Shown one piece after another: positions 8,101 to 13,912 of a stretch of 13,912 nt of DNA. Numbering within the stretch: position 1 is the stretch's first letter; every line of letters begins with the position of its first letter. Both the position numbers and the translations under genes were made by a program. The notes below the pieces were generated by a model. That model saw nothing but the letters and a program-made list of their open reading frames with translations. It was not told where the DNA came from and did not search any database. Origin of the DNA: Amoeboradix gromovi X-113 (taxonomy: Eukaryota > Fungi > Sanchytriomycota); contig JADGIF010000223.1 of NCBI GenBank assembly GCA_018985225.1, positions 1-13,912 on the forward strand, read 5' to 3'.

Positions 8101-10802
8101 TATGCAACAAGTATTGCAGGTTAACAAGCATTTACATTCGCAAGACATATACACTGATTATCAGTCTCTGCAGACGTTTGCCAAGATATTGCCAACGCTA
8201 ATTGATGTATTCGAGGACTCACTGTCAACCACAGATGTTCAAACCAAATTACAGACCAAGACATCGTTGGGTGGAACTAATAGTGTTATCAATCCAACCG
8301 CCACCTTGCTGGGGTTGCCTGGTAGTCCGTCATCTCCAAACACTGCTAGTAGTGGTATAACGAGTTCCAACGCGCCTCAAATCAACGTCAATAGTCCATC
8401 TATATTATCTGGCGTTATTGCAGCCACAATGCTCATTATATTCCATTTGCTAGATAAACAAGAACTTTTAGCAGTCTTTCATAATGAGTTGAATACTCAC
8501 ACAAATGAAAAATCAACAAGATTACTAAAGCTGATAATGAACTCAATAAACAGCATGATTGTGGGCGAATGCTTCCCTGATGAATGGAGTAATATTACAC
8601 TATTTACAAATAAGACAGCGCTTAAGATGTTTGAAGTAGTTGGTATGCTTAGTCTACAGCGATTGCATATCATCCAAAAAGGCCCGTTTGGTCCTACTAT
8701 GAGTTTTGATAAAACTATTTGGGTGTCATTGTTTAAAGGAGTTTTAAATTTGTTACAAAACCATTTCTTTAACACAAGAAAGGAATCGCAGCAGTTTAAG
8801 AGAGTTGAAATGATATTAGATGCTAATATAGAAATAGAGGGTGCTCAATTCCTGAAGTCCCTATGGGATGCCATCGGTATCGACAATTATCATTTGCAGT
8901 TAACAAATGACCTAATGAGCCATGTCTGTCAATTGAGCGTTAGCTCTAATACTACATGTCAGCAGAGTAGTGCATATATTCTATTTAGTATGATGAAGAG
9001 AGAGTACCAGTTCTGTGCTAGCGTACAACGAATAGAAACTTTAATAATCGAAGAATTGGATAAGCTCTTCAGCATGGGACTAGGTGATGATGGATATAGA
9101 AAGGCTTTAATTTACAATTTAACTACTTACCACAAATATCTACTAATCGACGATGGCTTCAAAATGGCAGTTGAAAAGGTGATTTACAACATAAACCAAT
9201 TCTGTGTTCTGGTGCTGAATGTCAGGCAGCTTGATCAGTATGGGGATGAATACGAAGAAGAAAGGTGGGACGGAATACTAAAATTAGCATTTTTCATGAA
9301 AACTGTGAATAAGCAGGATATCTACATCAAATACATCCATCACTTGAGCCAGATGCAGTTGAAGAGAAACAACTTTGTAGAAGCAGGCTTGACGCTACTT
9401 CATCATGCAGCAATATTAGAGTGGGGAGATGGTATGGTGCCCGTTTATGCTGATATTGGATTCAACAAGGAACAGAGCCAGTTTGAGAGAAAAGAAGAAT
9501 TGTACTGTACTATTCTAGAGTACTTTGATGAAGGCAAGGCTTGGGAAAAGGGAATATTGCTAGCAAAAGAGCTCTGCACTCAGTATGAGCAGCGTTCTTA
9601 TGACTACAAGAAGTTGGCAAACATGTTGAAGAGACTGGGAGTGTTGTATGAAAGCATAATAAACAAAGAGAGATACCATTCAGAGTACTTCAGGGTAGGG
9701 TTCTATGGGAAGGCATGGCCTATGGGGATCAGGAATAAGTTGTTCATATATCGTGGCTTTGAGTTCGAAAAGATCAGCGTGTTTTGCGAGCGCATCTTAA
9801 ACAAGCATGCTGGAAGCATGATGCTCAAAAACAACAACGCACCTACTGAGGAAATATTGCAGAGTAATAAGAAACACATTCAAATAACTGCCGTGCAATG
9901 TGAACCGCAACAACAATCAATCTTTACAAACGAGAATGTGCCAGAAGTAGTAAAGAACTATTACATTTCGAACGAGATAGAACATTTCTCATTTAGTAGA
10001 CCTTTTCGTAAGGGCGCTAAAACTGGAAACGAGTTTCTGGATTTGTGGACTGAAAAAACTATTTACAAAACTGCGGAGAGGTTCCCACATGCATTGAAGA
10101 GGAGCATGATTGTAAGTAATGAGAAGGTGGAGTATTCACCGATAGAAAATGCTCTCAAGACCATGATTGGAAAGAATAAAGAGCTGGCAACTCTGGAGAC
10201 CATGTTTAGTCAAAAGGATGCCAACAAGCTAAATTGCAATCCGCTGACCATGAGCTTGAATGGTAGTGTAGATGCACCGGTAAACGGAGGAGTGCCGATG
10301 TATAAGAAAGCATTCTTAAATGATGAATTCAAGTTAAAATACCCTGACAAGGCTGAGTTTGTGCCACAACTAGCAGATGCGATAGATGAGCAAATTATTA
10401 TCATTAGTAGATGCTTGGATGTGCACAGCAAGGTAGTTATACCTGCAATGAGACCATTACATGAGAATTTGGTAAAAAGTAACTAAAACTTATGTAGTGT
10501 ATATAAAAAACTATGGAGAAGATGTAGAGAGACTAGGAATACCACCGCCATCCTTGGAATTGCCCTCTCCTGTGATTTCGGTCGCGAACTCGAAAGATGA
10601 GACTAGTTCTGTCTTGAGTAAAGATAGTGAGGAACACGTGAAACCATTAAAGGAAATGGATAAAAATGCGACTATAAGAAAGAAACCACAAGAAAGGGAA
10701 CGAGCAAGTAGTATGTTGTTAAACGAAGTTGGAGTGAAGGAAACAACGGCAAAGGACAGATTATTGAGCAAAGCATTTGGGAAAAAGGGTGCACCAAGTT
10801 AA
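5111..10802 (+). CDS. DOCK-family Rac/Rho GEF (SH3, DHR-1/C2, DHR-2); exons 5111-10478 and 10498-10802, ~1890 aa
   Basis: SH3 (ELNVGD..GWYRGY..GIFPANHV), DHR-1 (PVYNETF..HLYF) and DHR-2 (YIKYIHHL, EAGLTLLHHA, GKAWE, YFRVGFYG, SPIENA, LNGSVDAPVNGG). A proline-rich tail follows the intron. Confidence 0.95.
10479..10497 (+). other. 19-nt spliceosomal intron
   Basis: Sequence GTAACTAAAACTTATGTAG. Removal gives LHENLVK-M-YIKNYGEDV in frame and deletes the TAA at 10484-10486. The alternative donor at 10472 leads to a stop one codon pair later (TGT ATA TAA). Confidence 0.75.
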
Positions 10803-10832
10803 AATAAATAACGGTCTATTTTAGATTTACTT

Positions 10833-11296
10833 TCATTCTAATATAAAGTGACAGGAACTGCCAACGATCCTGAAAAACTTATCTCTGGAATTTTGAGTTT
10901 TGGCACGAAACTCATCCTTGTCTATATATGATGACCTGTTTTTGCTTTTCTTCAGTTTTTCAAAAAGCCTATTCATCTCTCTATCCTTGTCTTCCAAAAT
11001 CTTTCTTTCAAGCTCTGCCATTGACTTGATACAGTTTTTCATAACCAATACAGCCTTGGAATAAAAGATGCTGCGTATCGTATCCGGTTTTTATCGTTCT
11101 CCTTCTTCATTGTTCTATTTACCAATTCTACAATATCTTTGTATTCTTTAGCCAAGATTATTTTCTTGTTCAAGTCTGGAATTTCTGGAATCAAATTTGC
11201 AGTATTAGTTTGATGTAAACAAAAGTCTGCTCTCAAAAACCTTAGTTCTGCACCCTTATTAGCTACTGCAGTGACAAGGTATAAAAACGGTTGCAT
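10833..11296 (-). pseudogene. Hypothetical helical protein split by a 1-nt frameshift
   Basis: ORF from ATG 11296 (MQPFLYLVTAVA..) joins the 10833-11048 ORF if one base is added in the T run at ~11063-11066 (..AASF-YSKAVLVMKNC..). No frame-restoring GT-AG intron found. Confidence 0.45.
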
Positions 11297-11342
11297 CGAG
11301 GAGTTGTTTTGTGTCAATTTAAGATATGCAGTTGTGTATATT

Positions 11343-11780
11343 CTAAGTTGGAATTCCTAGTTTGCTAGAATATCAAGAGCTTCCACAAAGAAACTGAAAA
11401 ATTCACTCGCTAAGCTACAGTTATTACTTGCTTCTACTGCCTTGGTCGAGATTGAATCAGGATGCATACATGTTCCTTGCTGCGATATAGTCGCTGTCTT
11501 CTTCTAATTTCATTATGTGCATATGTCTGAAATCAGTTTTCTTTAGATTCTCAAACGTGCAAAAGTTTGACTACTAAATGCTTTATTTCGCTCTACTAAA
11601 TTCTTCCTTATTTTGACAATAACTTCATTTTTAGAACATTTTCTAAGTGTGATATAAGGAATTTTGTATCCCTTAGCAATGTCTCTAAACTTTTAATATT
11701 CCGGCTCAGATAACTTGGAACCATATGGCAGATGAAAAAACGAATATCAAGTTTTTGTTTAATTACCAAGCTATAGAAGG
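11343..11780 (-). mobile_element. Older, more degenerate IS607-type Fanzor2 element, copy 3 (left end uncertain)
   Basis: TnpA HTH remnant PEY*KFRDIAKGYKIPYITLRKCSKNEVI at 11704-11618. Fanzor2 remnant AFSSQTFAR/ENLKKTD..EDSDYIAARNMY at 11581-11465. ATGTTCCTTGCTGC is shared with copy 2, and a degenerate right end is alignable. Confidence 0.75.
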
Positions 11781-11856
11781 AAGAAATGTTGTAACCTGTA
11801 ATTACGATCAATGTTTTATTCTATTAGAATAGGTACCTGCGTACTTGTGCTTGTCT

Positions 11857-12162
11857 TTATTTAAAATAACATCCATAAACCACAATACCTAATACATACT
11901 CACTTGTCTTGTATACATATTCAACCAATCCATCTTTATCAGAATCCCAAATAGATTGCGAGGTCATCAACATGGTTGCTAGTTGTTGGATATTAACATG
12001 CACGATCCACTTGTAATTCGAATATTGCTTCAACTGATCAATTACTTCCTGCGCAATCTGGTTAAATAACTGTAGTTGCATCACTTGCTCAAATGATTTG
12101 CTTTGAAGAGATTTATCGCATATTCCTTGGATCATTACTTTGATCTTGTCTTTGGGGAACAT
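11857..12162 (-). CDS. Tctex-1 family dynein light chain
   Basis: 101 aa with the family pattern F....IK..I, YKWIVHVNIQQ, WDSDKDG and VVYGCY. Confidence 0.9.
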   Translation of the reverse strand: MFPKDKIKVMIQGICDKSLQSKSFEQVMQLQLFNQIAQEVIDQLKQYSNYKWIVHVNIQQLATMLMTSQSIWDSDKDGLVEYVYKTSEYVLGIVVYGCYFK

Positions 12163-12227
12163 CGAGTTGTTTTAGCAATTGAAAATAAAATTCACAAAAT
12201 CGTTTGAAATTTATAAAAAGTATTTAT

Positions 12228-12839
12228 TTAGCTCTTCTTTGATTTGATTTTCTTCAAGTAAAACTCTAGCTCCTTTCCTTCCAAGATATATCCATCGCAA
12301 CGACCACTTTGGCCGGGTCTGGAAGCAATTCTTGCATAAACGCGTCCAGATGTGAACTGATCTACTAAATTAGTTTCAACAGCTGCATCCTTTTGTCTAT
12401 CAGTGAGCTTAGCAATAACTTTCTTTGATTTCTTTTTAAGCAATTCCTCAGAAGTCTGAGTCTCGTCTCTTCTGCCTAATGGAACACCGTAATGTGCTTC
12501 ATACCACTGTCTAAATGGTGTAGGATCAATCTGGATGATACCACCTTTAGTCAATGTATTTGTTCTAACCAATTCGTTGTTGCTGGCATTATAAACGACA
12601 CCTAAAATGCGGGTCTTTCTGGTTGATGCTTCAGATCCCCATGAGAAATTACCTGTATCCAATCTCAGTGCTCTGTATTTCGTATTCCCACCGCGAACAC
12701 GAACTGTATGCACTCTTTTTGCTCCAATTTTTGTCATTGCAGGCTGTCTTCCCAATTCAAACTTTCTCTTTTTACGATACTGAGCGCGTTTTGCACCAGT
12801 AGCAGATCTCTTGTGTCTGGAGTCTCTAGTAATTCCCAT
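12228..12839 (-). CDS. RPS8: 40S ribosomal protein S8 (eS8)
   Basis: [65 protein letters not shown]. Intronless. Confidence 0.99.
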   Translation of the reverse strand: MGITRDSRHKRSATGAKRAQYRKKRKFELGRQPAMTKIGAKRVHTVRVRGGNTKYRALRLDTGNFSWGSEASTRKTRILGVVYNASNNELVRTNTLTKGGIIQIDPTPFRQWYEAHYGVPLGRRDETQTSEELLKKKSKKVIAKLTDRQKDAAVETNLVDQFTSGRVYARIASRPGQSGRCDGYILEGKELEFYLKKIKSKKS

Positions 12840-12934
12840 TACAAATGCTAATGATCTGTTTGCACAGGTTATATTTCACGTGTTATGTACCCCTTTGTTG
12901 AAACAAATGACCGTTTTCAAGGGTGTGTTGGCTC

Positions 12935-13050
12935 CTCGTTAAAAGTCCTGATTTCCGAGAAAATCGAGAATTTCCACAGAGCAACTTAAAGTCACTCCGT
13001 TACAGTGATTGGTCACGCTTGCACTACCCTGAGGCGGGGATTGAATAAGG
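12935..13050 (-). ncRNA. Candidate omegaRNA scaffold of Fanzor2 copy 2
   Basis: Highly similar to 2477-2595. Hairpin GAGUGACU-UUA-AGUUGCUC uses G-U pairs that form only on the minus strand. Confidence 0.6.
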
Positions 13051-13302
13051 ATGCAGATACTTGATGTATATGTTCCTTGCTGCCATACGATTTCTTTAAA
13101 GTACCATACCTTGTACATGTCTGACTAGTAAATGCTTCATTACATTCGATTATCGTCTTTCCTCTTTGTTTACACTTGAACTTCAAGCGTTCTTTGAATG
13201 TGTAATGGGACATTGTAGCCATATTTCTTGCGACTTGCTCGACAAGCTACTTATCATTTAGCTAGTATTAAACGATGGCAAGTATATAAGATCATATGTC
13301 TT
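13026..13302 (-). pseudogene. tnpB: Fanzor2/IS607 TnpB RuvC-II to C-terminal fragment
   Basis: KTYDLIYLPSFNTS*MISSLSS(K)VARNMATMSHYTFKERLKFKCKQRGKTIIECNEAFTSQTCTRYGTLKK, then a deletion, then AARNIYIKYLHPY. Pro at the canonical RuvC-II Glu position and an alternative Glu in NEAFTS match the rearranged Fanzor active site. Confidence 0.9.
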
Positions 13303-13912
13303 TGTATCCTGCACCTGTTAGTTATTTCTTTAGATTTGACGTATTCAGGATTACATCCATTGATTTCATTTAACATTTGCGAAGATAAAGAATATCGAGT
13401 ATTTAAGCTATTAGAAAAGTCATAAAATTATACAAAAATGCATACAAATTCGCGATAAATGATTTATTCAAGAAAACAATCCAGCTGTTTATGGTAAATG
13501 ATTGAGAAGTATTCTGAAAAATTCTCCTCATTTCTGAGTAGGACGAACACCTAGAAACCAGACCAGAAATCCGACATCTTTTTGTCGTCAGATACGATAG
13601 TTTATCAGGAACAAGATGAAATGTAATGTGAAGATGACATACGAAAGACATCCAAAAGCTTTCCTTGTTTGTGAACAAGACGGAACACCAAAATGGTTGT
13701 CAGTTGAGATGTTGCAACACATGCTCAAGTGCTAATCAGCCAAGCTATTTTCAAAGAGATATTAGCAGAGCATTTTTCATGTTGGAAAAATGGCTTGATG
13801 GCATATTATGGGACTGACATGTCTTTCTAGGAAGTCCTCCGACTTAGAGTTGGGTAGATTTTCTGAAATGGTGTCCCACATAAGCTGAAATGTGAACAAA
13901 GAAGTTACACTA

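Larger units (their letters stand above)
12935..13486 (-). mobile_element. Non-autonomous IS607-type Fanzor2 element, copy 2
   Basis: Ends homologous to copy 1. TnpA start MLNEINGCNPEYVKSKEITNR (13376-13314) is fused by deletion to a Fanzor2 fragment. Confidence 0.88.
12890..13878 (+). pseudogene. Fanzor1-like remnant D, interrupted by Fanzor2 copy 2
   Basis: QLRCCNTCSSANQPSYFQRDISRAFFMLEK at 13701-13790 is homologous to A. DEHL at 13542-13553. The rejoined flanks of copy 2 read FKGVLAPVYGK*LRSILKN. Ends in TGGTGTCCCA. The left boundary is approximate. Confidence 0.65.

Noticed and set aside
10484-10486. TAA/TAG reassignment as an explanation for the DOCK stop
   Set aside because: The continuation is in another frame, long ORFs have no internal TAA/TAG, and RPS8 ends in TAA.
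5344-10771. Many minus-strand ORFs inside DOCK (likewise inside LIP5 and the 371-aa gene)
   Set aside because: Antisense shadows of real genes with no motifs.
1-13912. CRISPR array, tRNA or rRNA
   Set aside because: No regularly spaced repeats or canonical RNA gene motifs seen.

Overview
A compact, AT-rich eukaryotic window, probably from an early-diverging fungus or another unicellular opisthokont (inference). Host genes are lipoyl synthase (LIP5), a ~1890-aa SH3/DHR-1/DHR-2 DOCK GEF that needs a 19-nt intron to be complete, a Tctex-1 dynein light chain, RPS8 and three orphan ORFs. Most intergenic gaps hold decayed RNA-guided nuclease (TnpB/Fanzor) elements that the ORF track mostly misses. 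There are three internally deleted IS607-type Fanzor2 elements (tnpA HTH fragment, Fanzor2 C-terminal fragment, structured right end), all on the minus strand. There are also three Fanzor1-like C-terminal remnants sharing a TGTCCCA end motif, a small frameshifted ORF plus a Fanzor1-like start, and a ~185-bp MITE with 19-bp TIRs and internal hairpins. One Fanzor2 element appears inserted inside a Fanzor1 gene. This allows prediction of its core dinucleotide (AG), TAM (..ACAG) and a guide aimed at the Fanzor1 gene. All family calls come from manual translation and motif recognition; no searches were run.
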